Assembly (NCBI RefSeq): GCF_018977255.1
Contig: NW_024704742.1
Coordinates: 64,730,001 to 64,794,000, forward strand
Source: Callorhinchus milii
Lineage: Eukaryota
Direction: 5' to 3'
Length of the DNA stretch: 64,000 nucleotides
Within the stretch, counting starts at the first letter, position 1; every line of letters begins with the position of its first letter. A program made the position numbers and the translations under genes. The notes under the pieces were generated by a model. That model did no database searches. It was not told the origin of the DNA and saw only the letters and a list, made by a program, of their open reading frames with translations. This document shows positions 13,599 through 27,668 of this stretch, in pieces.

Positions 13599-14109
13599 CA
13601 GTAAAACTCGCATAAGTCTTATCAGTTATTAAATTTAATATGATTTACGTGAAGCACAAGTTACAGGCAAACCTGAACAAGTCAGATTTGATATGACAAA
13701 CATAACAATAAATAATGATCTAGTTTGTTTATCCAAAACCCGATTGTCCAGTGTCCTGGGATGTCTTTCCGATGTGAAGGGCACTATACAAGTATAATTT
13801 GTTGTCGTTATTGTAGTTTTCCACACTTGTTTCAACGGAGTGCACCTCACTGTGCATGCATACTTCAATGCAGTTGGTAAGTACGCACACGGCAACGGAT
13901 CAAGACTTTGTTTCCTGCGATTCAATTAAGCCGGTAAGCGTGGTAGCAGTGTTACAAGTTAGGAGCTAATTTGCCTAGGATTTAGCCATTTATCCGATGT
14001 ATCCAATGACTAGTGCAAAGAAATCCAAGAGTTTTTTGGTAGGAAACTTTGGTAGGAACTCGGGTGCATTACACGATTTATATAGATAAGACTTAAGCGA
14101 GTTTTACTG
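13599..14109. mobile_element. Tc1/mariner (pogo/Tigger-type) MITE with a nested L2 3' tail
   Basis: 25-bp TIRs CAGTAAAACTCGC(A/T)TAAGTCTTATC, 24/25 identical; TA on the right flank (left reads GA); L2 tail at about 13735-13815. Confidence 0.8.
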
Positions 14110-15537
14110 TATATTAATGGCGCTTCTAAAGTAGCCACTGTAAGCCACAAGACTGTCCAGTGAGCCTTTGCATTCACTGAACTCATCAAGACATCCAGCC
14201 TCCACCCAGTTCATCACATTTCTACAGCAATGAAGCTCTACAGCAGTGCAGTCAAGAGCAGAAACTCAGCAAGTGAGTGGGAAGATATAGAGTTCACAAC
14301 CTCCGCTCTGTGGTGCAATAACCACCCTCCCACAAACAGCCTTTTTTCAATATCAACGATTCACTTTGCAAACCACTTTCCTCCCACTATCCACGAGTCG
14401 CCTCCTCCCATTTGGAAACTAAGACTTTTGCACTACGAAAACTTTTGAGCACGAGTCAATGTGACTTATAAAAGACTCAATCACCTGCTAAACAAAACAT
14501 CTTGATATCTCCCACATACTGTGGTCAAGAGGACAGTGCAAAGGATCTGCATCCAGATCTCCGGTAACTGGCTAACTACTAAGATACTGGGTGAAGTTTA
14601 ATACTGATAAATGCAAGGTATTACATATAGGATCCAATAGGAAACACAAGTAGGCCAAGGATGGGATTAAATATGCCAATGGGGAAGCTGAAAGAGATCT
14701 AATGGTGTTGACAACAACAACTTCTTGCATTTATGTAGCGCCGTTTACATCGGAGGATGTACCAAGCCGCTGTACAATGAGGGGTTTGCACCCGAGCTGG
14801 AGGTTGAGATTAGAGAGGGGTGGAGGAAAGATGACCAAAGGTATAGTCGAAAAGCAAGGTCTTGAGGTAGGCTTTGAAGGAGGCAAGGGATGGGGCGAGG
14901 CAGAAAGCCTCAGGGATTGAGTTCAATCAGGTGAGGGCAGAAAGGCTGAAGGCCCGACCGCCGATAGTGAAGCAGGAAGGGCGGGGACATGGCTGACTAG
15001 TTGCTCAATATGTCTCAAAGGGACGGCTTTTGGATGAGACGTCTGCCTGTTCAAGTAGATGTTAAAGATCCCATCCCACCTTATTTGAAGACGGAAGCGA
15101 GTTTCTCTCAGTGTCCTGATCAACAATCCCCCAAAATAAAAACGCATTATACACTTCATGCATATTTGTGGGGAGTTGCAGTGTGCAAATTGGTTGTCAC
15201 CATCACCCACAACAAGTCACTGAACTTTACAGTGTATCCTGTGAAATCTTCATAATGTGAAAGCCACTACAACAAATGCAAGCATTTTTTTAAAAAAAAC
15301 TGTCATTCTGGCATACCTGCAGGAATAATAGCTATGGCCAAGAGCGGTAGCTGCAGTCAGGTGACTTTGGTTTTGCGTCTGCTCTCTGACCTTGGCTCAT
15401 AGATAGCAAGATGGTTGATTATAGGCGGAAAAGAAAAAAAAGGTTTATAAGATGCCATAAAAAAGCTTGTGCGCTGCTGACAAAATGCAACACCACAGGG
15501 CAGAGGGTCACATCAGTAATCTCAGGATTTGAGAATA

Positions 15538-15842
15538 TTAATCCTTGTATTTGATATAGTGCTTTTCACGTCTTCTAGACGTCTCAAAGCGCTTCACAGA
15601 ATATACTGTAAAGTGAATAGACACAAATTTGTGGGCGAAATGCGGCAGCCAATTGCACACAGCAGTGTCCCACAAACAGTTGTAGATTGAAATGACCAAT
15701 TTATTATTGTGTTTTTTTCTTGAGGGATTATTATTATGCGTGTGGATTAAGAAAACTTGCCCAAGGTTTTGCCTTGCCGGGAATTGAACCCAGATCTCTC
15801 GCTTGCGAGGCGAGTGCTCTAACCACTGAGCTACAGGACTCC
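15538..15842 (-). mobile_element. Full-length tRNA-Ala SINE, short subfamily
   Basis: Reverse complement of the 7469 element from head to tail. Confidence 0.9.
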
Positions 15843-17337
15843 ACAGGAAGTAGAGAGCAGCGGGAGCAGAACTAGGAAGCTTCTGAATTTGCAAGTGGTC
15901 CCTCACATTGGGCAGTTGGATCAACGGGAAAAAACAAGCATTTGACCAGAGAGAAGGAAATTCAGTGACAGATAAACTTTCATATATTTGATGAACCACT
16001 GAAAGCATTGACAGGTCCTGGACTATCACATAGCTGTAGTGTTGGTAGTGTTGGGCTCACAACTAGGATTACCAAATACGAATTGCAGCCTGCATACAGG
16101 GGAATACGATGAAGAGGAGTGGGTGTGTGTGTGTGTGGAAGAAAGGAAAAAGAAAGAGAACAGAGGAAAACCACAAGTGTTCTCCTCCACACTCCTCCCG
16201 TGCATCTGCTATCAACTGCTTCAACCAAGCACTTCGAGATGCTACCCCCGCATGAATGCTGCTGCTGCTGTATAAATGCAAGTCATTGTTGTTGATGACA
16301 AGAAAGGCAAGTTTACATTTTTCTCTGTCCTTTACCCATAAGTACTTAGCAGTTTTGATCTCCAAATAAATAGGGCTTCTACTGGTTGTACTTTTCCATT
16401 GTGATGCATCACAACTCCTTGTGAGAGTCAAAATTTCCTTCACACAAAGGTGCTGTAAATTGTAGCGGCAAATGAGTATTTGTAGGTAATTGTGGCAGCC
16501 AATTTGTGAATAGCAATGTCTCACAGATAGCAATGAAGTAAAATAACCAATTTTATCCAGAGGATTTTTGGCCATGACTCTGGGAGAAACTCCCTTCTTT
16601 TTTGGAACAGTGCCACAGGATCTGGATAATATCTGAACAAGGAGCCAACGAGTTGCAACGATAGGACTAGAATAAATGCAAAGGCGTTAGTCCTTGTAAA
16701 TCGTGCATCAATAGGCTTGTAAGTGATTATTATTTATTGTTTTTAATAGCTGCAGTACTTTAAAAGTGTGAGTACTTTACAAAATTGATAAAAACAGAAT
16801 TTAATTCATTTCATGAGGACTTGACCTGGATCGATTTTCACTATTTTGAATATTGAACTCAAGATACATAGAACCCAAAACATACTTGTTCCTCCAAGAA
16901 GCCATCTACCCTCACACCAATCTCCTGCTCCTTATGTTCAGTCATAAAATCTTAGTTCACATGAACAAGGCCCAATTTACCAATAACAGCTTGTATTTAT
17001 ATAGCGTCCTTCACGTAGGATAGTGGCTCAGAGCTTTTTAATAGGATATGTTTGGATGCCAAGCCGGGGGGGGGGGGGGGAGAAGAAGACCAAACAAACA
17101 TACATTCAAACAGGTAGGATTTAAGGAGGGACAAAAAGACAGAAAGAGAGGATTTGAGATGGAGTGGTAGAGGGAGGGAGTTCTGGGCATATAAACTGAA
17201 AGCTCGACCACCAATGGGAGTACAGAGAGAGCGGTAGGGTGGGAAAAGATCAGAAATAAGGCGTTCGACTGGATTTGTAGATGAGAGTGAGCATCTTGAA
17301 ATCGATCTGTTGGGTGCCAGGGAGAAAGTGAAGCCTA

Positions 17338-17601
<264 letters not shown>

Positions 17602-18701
17602 TTAAAATTTTCCGCTTTCATGCCCAAAAGACCCGATTCTGAGATCCTGAATTACAGGCCGACCCCGATATAGCACACTGACTTGGTTCCAAAAACTCAG
17701 ACCCCAAGGTACGAGGCACACTAAACAAAATGTCTGTCGGTCAACACTTCCGGGACATCAGGTCACTGTCCAGGTCACTTCCTGCATATTGTATTCTCCG
17801 TAGAACAAACCATACCTCTTCACCACCAATGTTTCGATCAGCACACATAAACATATTTACTAAGGTTGCCGGTCACAAGATGAAATGATGTTTCTTACTT
17901 GCCTTGGAATATAGTTTTTTACCACAAATTCTTCCAAAATTATAACACAGAGGAAGTTAACAGCCTAAGAGGCCCAAGATCAGAACAAAAAGTTTTTTTT
18001 GCATTTGATATAGTGCCTTATGTTGGCAAAACATCTCAAAGCACTTCATAATATTTACTGTGTATTTTGCACACAGCAATGTCCCACAAACAGCCATGAA
18101 GTGAATCACCAATTTTATGTGGAGGAAGATTGTTGGCCCGGCTACCGGGAGGAACTGAACAGTTACAAGAGACCTTGGTTTGACGCGTATCTGAAGGACA
18201 GCACTTCTGACAATGCAACACGTCCCAAGCACCGCTGCCATTGGAGTGTCAGTCTGACAAATCAATCCATAACCTCTAGTTCAACCAAGCTCTCCAAGGT
18301 TGCATCTCAGACCATACACTAGATCTTCAACACGATACGGAAAGCAGATCTAACAATTGTTTCAAATACAGTAATACCAAGAAAGCAGAGCAAGAGGACA
18401 GGTTAGAACAGCAACTTTACAATATACAATGGCATACCGTATCGAGGGGGCGTTCTGATAAAATTATGGTTTTATATTTAACTAAAACACTTTTTTGTAA
18501 AATGAGGTTTGCAACAAAAATGAAGCTCAAAGGAAATTATATGGCTATTCTAAGGAAATTCATATTTCTATGAATAAATTCATGCTCCAGACTTCATGGA
18601 GTGACTGTATATTTTGTGGGCGATACAAGCCAAGAGCCGGTGTGTTCTAACTACAGCCAAAGCATACAATCTGTCACAAAAGATATGCTGGAAATGTACA
18701 G

Positions 18702-20165
18702 CAACAACAAAATTACATTTGTGTAGCGCCTTTCACGTCGGGAAGCCATCCCAAGGCGCTGGACAATCAGTATTTTGGACCTGAGCTGAGGATCAGGATC
18801 GGAGAGTGTGGAGGGCGGGGGGGATGCAGGGTGACCGAAGGAACAGTCGAAGAGGAGGCTCTTGAGATGGTTCTTGAAGGAGGCAAGGGAGGGGGCGAGG
18901 CGGAGGGACTGCGGGATGGAGTTGTAGAGGATGGAAGCAGAGTGACTGAAGGCCCACCCGCCAATGGTGGGGTGGGTGAGGCAGTGAACATGAAGCAGGC
19001 CACAGCCTTTTGAGCAGAGGGAGGGCAGGTCGGTACGGGGTTAGGAGGTCGCAGAGGTAGGGGGGAGCAAGGCCATGGAGGGCTTTGAAAATCAGAACCA
19101 GGATCTTGAACTGTATCCTCTGTGTGATGGGAAGACAGTGGAGTCTGGAGAGGATGGGGGTGACAGGGTCACGGAGCCTGGTGCGGGAGAGGGCACGGAC
19201 TGCAGAGTTCTGGATGATCTGCAGCCTATGGAGGGAGGAGTTGGGGAGGCCGACAAGCAGGGAGTTTGCGTAGTCAAGCCTGGATATTACAAATGTGTTT
19301 ATGAGGGTTTCGGAGGCCTGTGGTGTGAGACAGTGGGAGAGCCGGCCGAAGTTGCAGAGGTGGGGGAAGACAGAGCGGGTTAAGGCACGGATGTGGGATA
19401 GAAAGGATAGTTGAGGCTAAAACAAGATGCCAAGGTTCCAGACTGGCTTAGTAAGGTGGAGTGTCAACCATGGATGGTGATGCTAGAGGCGCTGACTGGA
19501 GCCGATCAGGAGAGCCTCGATCTTGTTGATGTGCAGCTGCAGAAAGTTAGCTCTGGTCCAGTGGTCCTGGAGTCGAGGGTGGAGGCAGAGAGGTAGAGTT
19601 GGGTGTCATCAACATACATGTGGATGAAGTTTCAGGCCGCAGTGGCTGAAAGCGCGGCAAACCAATGGTGGAATGGAGGCCACGAAGGACATACAGAAGG
19701 TCAGAGCCAGTCGAGCGGAGGCAGTGGGTTATGGAATAAGCAGGTTGGAGAGGTAGAGAGGTGCCAGGGCATAAAGGGATTTGAAAATGAGTGTGAGGAT
19801 CTTGAAATCGATCCATTCAGCAATAGGGAGCCAGTGGAGCCTGGCTAGAACTGGTGTTATGGGGTTATGGAGTTTAATGCAGGTGAGTATTCGGGCATCA
19901 GAGTTTTGGATCAGCTGGATGCTGCGTATGGTGCAGCTGGGGCAAAGAGGGCATTTAAAAAGTCAAGTTAGGAGGTGATGAACGCATGGGCGAGTGTTTC
20001 GGCCGAGTCCAGTGTATGGTCGGAGGCAGGTAATGTGGTGGAGATGGAGGAAGGCGGTCCTGGTCAGGGACCAGATGTGGGAGAGGAAGTACAGCTGTGA
20101 GTCAAACCTAACACTTAGGTTGCACGCTGGTTCGGTGAGACTGAGGGATAGGCCGGGGAGGTTGA
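18702..20165 (-). mobile_element. L2 LINE, two degraded 3' fragments
   Basis: Remnants of ORF2 C-terminal motifs (YVDDTQLYL-like, QNSA.R.L, LHWLP, SLKSHLK) plus tail GCGCTACACAAATGTAAT(TTG)n. Confidence 0.85.
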
Positions 20166-21262
20166 GGAGGTCAGAGCCACGAGAAAAAGAAAAAGTGTGT
20201 GTCTCTCGTCGACGTTTAGTTGCACTTTAAGTTTGCGCTCACCCAGGACAGTGGATTTTGGAGTGTTGGGCTTATCTATGAGAGGTGACAATGTAACCAT
20301 CTGAATCCAATAACAAGCCTCGAAAAATTATCTTTAATTATATTATTTTATAGCATGATAATGTCAGCTTTTCAGCCCTCCCCCTGGCTTGGCGCCGTGC
20401 TCAGCCACTGTCAAGCTCTCTGGGACAATACCCTGTGTGAGGGGTGCTATATAAATGCAAGTTGTTGTTGTCCTAAGATAGTTGTGATAATTTTCCAGCT
20501 TCCATCTCTTACACTATGGTAGTGAATCAAAATAGGAATGTATAGTAAAAAAATAAGAGCATGTGAGAAACTGTAGTTGTCTTAACGTGTTAAAGCATGG
20601 ACGAGTGCACATGCACATATATGTAGGGAGAGTCCCAACAAAGACAGAACTGAGGTGGACACAGGTCACATTGACATACAATCAGAATATTTTGTATTAA
20701 AAAAAGTCCCTGCAGAGTTTTGCATGTTTTTCACACCATTACTAAACATACAACTGCTTAATTTCCCTTTCAAGCTTATACGTCTAAAAAAAAATTGCAG
20801 ACACTTCCCACGGCTAATTTTAAATGGGTGCAATGAACATGTACTCAAGATGCCATCTGCAGCAATGGCACAGAGCCTACCCCAAGTGAGTGTTCCACAA
20901 AGTCATCCAGACATTGTGCACCCCCTCACTGGTGTCAAACTTTGAGCTCACAGCTCAGCCCGAAACACCAAAGCAGCATTATGTTGTGTGTGGGTGGGGC
21001 GGAAGAAGCACTTTATCATTGGAGCGAATGTCCTTTGGATGAGACGTTAAAATGAGGTGCTGTCTGCATGTTCAGTTGGACATTAACGGATCCCATGACT
21101 TTATTCAAAACAAAAAGGGCATTTCTCCCGCAGAGGATATGATATGGATACAAACCTGAAGTGAATCAGGCAATTGTTAATGTGAGCAACCAACAGGCAT
21201 TCTAAGCGTGTCCAAAGTGCAAGAACTCTATGGGATAATGCTGAGTGCACTTGAGTCATAAG

Positions 21263-22109
21263 CTGGGCCAATAGAAAAGTGCAGCCACAATTTTTCCACG
21301 GAATCCGTTACAAACATCCTCCTCTGCTATAAACCCGTAAAGACACAGTGAGCTCAGCCCCGGGACTCTGTGCGCTGCTGCTGACTATTTATTTGACGCT
21401 ACGGTGGGCTGAGCGGCTCCGGATGTACATGCACAGTCCAGCGCGAGCAAGAAATAAGCTTTGCTCACCCCGAGGCCCCGTTGTTGAGATTGTTTATGTG
21501 TCTCTAACTCCTCTGTATGTGTGTGTGTGAGTGTCTGTGTCTGTCTGTGAGTGTAAGTCTCTCTCTGTCTGTGAGTGTCTGAGTGTGTGTCTGTCTGAGT
21601 ATCCCTGTGTCTGAGTGTGACTAAGAGTGTGTATGTCTCTCTCTCTGTGTCTGTGAGTGTGTGTCTCTCTCTGTCTGAGTGTCTCTGTCTCTGTGAGTGT
21701 CTCTCTGCGTGTGTGTCTCTCTTTGTCTTTACGGGTTTATAGCAGAGGAGGATGCTTGTAACGGATTCCGTGGAAAAATCGTATCTCAGTCTCTGTGAGT
21801 GTGTCTTGATGTGCGTATATGTCCATCTCTCTCTCTCTGTGTCTGTGAGTGTGTCCCACTCTCTATGTGGGTGGCAGACCTCGAGAGGCAGGAGGTGATG
21901 ACTCCTGGAGCCCCGCAGTTGCTCTGGTGTTTCTCACCCCCTAATGTGTTATTTTCTCGTTTTTAGTATTTTTTTTTAATTGAAAAAATGTAGGTTGGCA
22001 GTAAAACGTTCCTCTCAATAGCACCAATCAATTCCCACAATTTTCCGCAAAGCTAACCAAATTTCCCCACAATTTGGGCAAATATTTTCGCAATTTTCTA
22101 TTGGCCCTG
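21263..22109 (+). mobile_element. Non-autonomous hAT DNA transposon (MITE), 847 bp
   Basis: TIRs CTGGGCCAATAGAAAAGTGC / GCAATTTTCTATTGGCCCTG; perfect 8-bp TSD GTCATAAG at 21255-21262 and 22110-22117; internal (TG/TC)n microsatellite. Strand is arbitrary. Confidence 0.85.
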
Positions 22110-23604
22110 GTCATAAGTATCAGTTTGGCTCAGGTGGTAGCACCTCACCACTGAGTCAGAAGATAAGGCACCTGTTTAGATGGACTTTAAAGATCGCAAG
22201 GCACTATTCAAAAAGAGAAGGGAGTTTCTTCCAGTGTCCTGCTCAACAATCCACCAAATAAAATTGTTCATTCGCTTCATGGCTGTTTGTAGGGCATTGC
22301 TGTGTACAAATTAGCTGTGATGTTCGCCCACACTTGCACCATCATTTTCAGTATATCCTGTGTAACACTTTGAGAGTGCCTCCTGATGTGAAGGATGGTG
22401 TATCAAATGTAAGGATTGTTATTATTATTACTAGCCTTTATTTGTGCACTTAGAAAGAAATGTGAATTCCTAAAGCAGAGATGGTACTGATTTAGCAATG
22501 AAATATTTGACTAATTGAAAACATCTTTTTAAATGACACCGCAAGAGAAGAATTTCACGGTCATGTCAAAACCTTGAACAAAACATAAAAGTATCGCAAC
22601 GGACAGCAGACAGAATTGAAATCTTGCATCTGATAATTGTAACTCAATTCTTGCAATCAATAGCCGTGACACTGACAGTCCAAACTACCTTTAAAGAACC
22701 TTAAGAACTTGCAAATTCATAATACCTTACATGATGAGGCGTCTCAAAGAGATTTACAGTAAGAATCTGTTCACCTCCCCACAATAACTCAGGAGTTTTA
22801 TATTATCCATGCAACATTTCCGAGATCCAACCTCATGTTTATGGATCTGCCACAATATACCGTACTGCCCAACCTGCTGCAATGGACTTAATCTGCACAG
22901 CTACTACCTCTTTACACTCAGGAAACAGTCTCACCATGCTCAAGAGCAACCTCAAGCATCCACAGTCATTAAGATGTCTTAACCACGTAATTCACATTAG
23001 TGTTAAGACACACTGCATCTGGTCTTCTGCAATCTGCCTCATGTAGCAAACCTAAGACACTTGAATCCAAGAGATATTGCCACATTCTTCCATTCTGAGC
23101 ATGCCATTATTCCTGCCAAAGCTTGTTCACCAAGTTGCAGAACCCTGGTTCTCAGACCTCACAATATTAAGATGCATCTTGACAAATAGTTTAAAAAGAT
23201 AACTTTGCCCAGTTTCAGTAGTTTCACAAGCTTGTTCCAATAAGCTTCAGGTTTAGACATGAACCATGTGTCAGCTTGGCTCAGTTGGTTGTACTCGCCT
23301 CGAAGTTAGAAGACTGCGAGTTCTAAGGCTCAAGTTGGGACTTGAGCTCATATTCCAGTATGGACACTCCAATCTTGGGATGAACACTACATTTCTGGAA
23401 GTAGGAATCTGAAAGGTGAGACATTAAACCGACGACTCATCTACTTGTTTTCAAGTGGACAGTATCTGTAAAATTTACATTGTTTGTTCCACATCCTATC
23501 CACCTGATCATCGGCGGGCGAATTTTCAGCCACCCTGCCCCACTCTCTCTACAATACTGCCTTGGACAATCCTACTCCTTATCCATATCATAATGGGTCA
23601 TGAG

Positions 23605-24149
23605 CTGGGCTAATAGAAAATTGCAGAAATGTTTGCCCAAAATTGTGCAGTGTTTGATTAAATTTTGCGGAGAATGCAGGTGGCTGATTGGTGCTTTTGA
23701 GAGATGCATATTGTAAAACAACCCAGATTAAAACTATAGGCATACATTTTCTGAACATGTGGTTAAACTTAATTTGAATAATACAGCACTCACCAAGAAC
23801 TCATTGCAGGAGCTCAGGTTAGGCCGGGTGACGAGCAAACAGACGGCAGTGGTCATGCAGCTGGTATTTCTATCGTGAGTCACTCAATAGCGGGCAAAGA
23901 CAATTTCTTTCTCGCACCGCTTCCACAATCCCAACACTGTAGCAGCGTTGAGCAAACAGCACACAGAGGCCCAGGACCTACCTCACTGTGTGTGTACAGG
24001 TTTGTAGCGGGCCAATAGAAAAGTGCGGTGGCACGTTTTCCGCGGAATCCGCCACAAACGTTAAGGGGGGCATTTGTAGCGGAGGGTTGCTTGTAGCGGA
24101 GAGGGGCTGGTTTGTGCCGGGGGGAGGCCGCACTTTTCTGTTGGCCCAG
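23605..24149 (-). mobile_element. Second copy of the same hAT MITE family, opposite orientation, 545 bp
   Basis: TIRs CTGGGCTAATAGAAAATTGC / GCACTTTTCTGTTGGCCCAG; 8-bp TSD GTCATGAG at 23597-23604 and 24150-24157; its left about 95 bp match the reverse complement of the right end of the 21263 copy. Confidence 0.85.
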
Positions 24150-24348
24150 GTCATGAGAGTAGGTCAATCCAACCTGAAAGCATTTCTTTTGAATATGGGT
24201 CAAAATGCCTGAGAAGGTCATAGATACACAACGGATTGTGGCGGTCAGATGGATACTTGGTAAGTAAGGATAGTGAGGCATTATGGAGAAAAGGCAGCTA
24301 AATGGAATGACGATAGAGTTAATGGTGGAGCAGGCTAGACGGGTCCAA

Positions 24349-24610
24349 ATAATAATAATAATCCTTGCATTTGATATCGCGCTTTTCACGTCAGGAGGAC
24401 GTCCCAAAGCGTTTCATAGAACACACTGTAAAGTGAATTGACTGTATATTTGTGGGCGAACGCGGCAGCCAATTGCGCACAGCAATGTCCCATAAACCGT
24501 CGGAGATTGAAAATGACCAAATTATTATTGTTTTTGGTTTTTGGAGGGATTATTATTAGGCGTGTGGAGTAAGGAAACTTGCCCAAGGTTTCGCCCTGCC
24601 TGGAATTGAA
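24349..24610 (-). mobile_element. tRNA-Ala SINE, short subfamily, 5'-truncated, inserted in a CR1 3' end
   Basis: Near-identical to the 7469 and 52429 copies; flanks join into a CR1 terminal motif. Confidence 0.88.
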
Positions 24611-25666
24611 GACCTACTCCTGCATTATTGGTGCTTGTTAGACCTGACCGGCATTCCTCTGGATGAAGAATGAGGAGACCAAGAGTAGAAAACTCAGTGA
24701 AGTTTAGAAAATTGACCCTCAAGAGAGTCAGATCAACAGGTCTCCCAGATCACAGGATACGTCACAGCATTCTAGGATACGTCTTACTATAACAAAATAC
24801 AACTTATTGCATTCGGATTTTTCATAACTCTGAAGGTCAGTAGATTGGGTTCCAGCAGGAATAGCATCACTTAACAGGGACACTGACTTTCTCACCTGGT
24901 CCAAAACGTACAGGCTTGGCCTGAATGAACCTTCTTTGTAACAACTTCATGCAGTTATATAGCACTGTATATATGCAACCTATAGGAGCTGCAGCCTACA
25001 GTTACATCATACAAACCAAGCTATTTTGGGAGGTTTTTTGAAGGCAGGAATTGGTAGCAAGACAGAGCGGGAGGGGTAGTAGGTGTGCAGAACCTTGTGT
25101 TGGAAAGAATGAGCTACGGAAGAAGTTACGATGTCCATTACGAAATATGGATGCTAAAAGCTGTGGTTTAAAAATGCACAACAGATAACAGTGCAAGGTT
25201 AGATTCAGCATTTAAGGAGTTGAAAACAATAAATACTCCCATGTGCTGGTGACCATTGCATTATATGACAGCTATAAACGGATTAAACCTATTGGTATTT
25301 ACAGCAGTACGATCTTGGCTTCATGTAACCAAGGTAACAAGTTAATTATCTTAAGACACAAAAAAGCGTCAATAAAAGAGGTTTGGCGAACGAAAAGGAA
25401 CTTAACAGTTGGGTTGTTTTACGAGGTTAATCAGACCCGTTCTAATATTGTCCTGGAATGTAGTTGTGGAAATTGTGCCATGTTTGTAATGCCCGTATTA
25501 ACAAACAAAACTGTGTGGTCAGACTCAATCCCCCGAACTGGGAAATACGAGCCGGAGCGGAGTGGGGTAGAGGAGGTGCTTAAGGGAAGAGGATGGGAAT
25601 GAGAAGACAAATGTGGGTTCACATTCCAAATGTTACACAGTACAATGCTTTCACACAGTTGAACTA

Positions 25667-26032
25667 TAATAATAATCCTTGCATTTGATAGTGCCTTATC
25701 ATATCGAGACATCTCAAAGCGCTTCACAGAATATACTGTAAAGTGAATTGATTGTATATTTTGTGGGCGAAACGCAGCAGCCAATTGCACACAGCAGTGT
25801 CCCACAAACAGCCTTAGATTGAGTGAACCAATTTTTTTTAGGGGGAGTAGAGGGATTATTATCTCCGAAAAGCGTTTCACCAAATCGACTAACAACCGGG
25901 TTCCCACTTACTGCTAGGTAAACAGAGATGTGTGGAGTAAAGAAACTTGCCTAAAGTTTCACTCTGCTCAGGAATCCAACCCAGATCCTCTTGTTTGTGA
26001 GGCGAGTGTTTTAACACTGAGCTACAGGACTT
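25667..26032 (-). mobile_element. tRNA-Ala SINE, long subfamily
   Basis: Full head-to-tail similarity to the other copies. Confidence 0.85.
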
Positions 26033-27668
26033 CACACAGGACTCTATTTTTGACTATCTAAGCTAGTTTATACAGTCTCTCTTCCTTTAGCTACAGCATT
26101 CGTCAGATCTTCTGTTTCACGTGCCTCTGGGCCTCCATTCACCCCCCGGCCAGGGTGTGGGCCATTGACTAAGCTGAAATTCAGGCCTGTTTCCTTCCCT
26201 TCCCTTCCGGTCCAGCAAAAGTCTGCAATACTATCCCAGCTTCTGAAAAGCAAGTCTGCAAAAACAAACCCAATCCTAATAAAAAGAGAACCAATAATAA
26301 GATAAGCCATATCTTTCTTTTCCTTCCATGTTCCTGTGGATTAATTGCCTGCCTGCCTGGCCTCCAGGGTGGCGTGATTTACAGAGCTCAAAGTGTATAG
26401 AATTGCAGGGGCACACTGACCTCCCATCACTCAGTTGCATTCCTCAGTGTGGCCCTCAGGCACAACACTAAGTTGAGATTGTGGCCTTCGACAAAGAGCT
26501 GAGTAACAGTGGGCTGGGCTCAAATACAATCACGCACAACATACTGCCACTTGGGCAGGGCAGCCTGAGACGACAAATAATAATAATAATCCTTGCAGAT
26601 TTTGCCCAGCCTGGGAATCAAATCCAGGTCCCGTCACTTGGGAGGTGAACACCCTAACCACTGCCCTACGGGACTACATTGCCTGGCACAAGTCAGGGAG
26701 GAGGGAAAACTGGGGAAAGGCCGAAAGGAAGTAAAATCCACACAAATTGTTACACTGCTTAAGTTTCCAACATGATCCCCAATTTAAAATTGCAAATTTT
26801 ATACCAACCTCGGGAAATATTATCCCAATAATACAAACAAGACACGGGCAACTTTGCCCGCCAGATAGCTGATGAGGAAACTGAGGCATGGAGTGACCGC
26901 TACTGGAAGGCGTTACCTGGAGTCTGACTTCGTGAACACACATTTGTATGTCCAGCGCCTGAAATCCACGTTGCTTGGCCTGCAGAGGCAAGAAGCTACT
27001 GCTTAAACTCCACACCTCCAACTGGTGGAACCATCACTCAGTGGGAAGGGACATGTGCCCGAGCTGCGGACAGGAAGATGGTGGCAATGCTCTCACGCCT
27101 TTCATGCTGAGATGTGTTGCTCATCGGGAAGCTCGCAGGGACTTCCTTGTACCATCAATCCACCTAGTGAGGGCTCAAACCCACACTTGTCGGATGTCGA
27201 ACTAGCATCCGGAACACATAGCATCATCAAAATGGTACAATCATAAAGCCAGGTGATTAATAATGCAACCGATTTATAACTGTGCGTCAGTATGGGTCAC
27301 TTAGCATCACTGTCGCCTGCCTCTGGTTGAGAAAGTTTTGGACTTAACCCCGAAAACAGACTGCTGTTGCTGCTCCCTTCTGCCTCTTAGTAGTCAGCTT
27401 CAGTGAACCGGAAAATGGCTGCTCAGCTTCACTGTGTCAGATGTGGCAAAAAAAGAGAAGGCGGCACAAGACGAACTAAAAAAGTCTTCCCCTTTTTTAA
27501 ACAAAAAATAAAACAGTCAGAATTTACAGATTCCGCATGTAAATCTTGAGTTAGGAGACATTAATCTTGTAACTCCAAACTTTACTGGTTGGGACAAATC
27601 ATCATGTACTGATGGATATCATAAATATAGCTATCGCAATCCAACTGAGAGCGCATTTACATTAGCAC

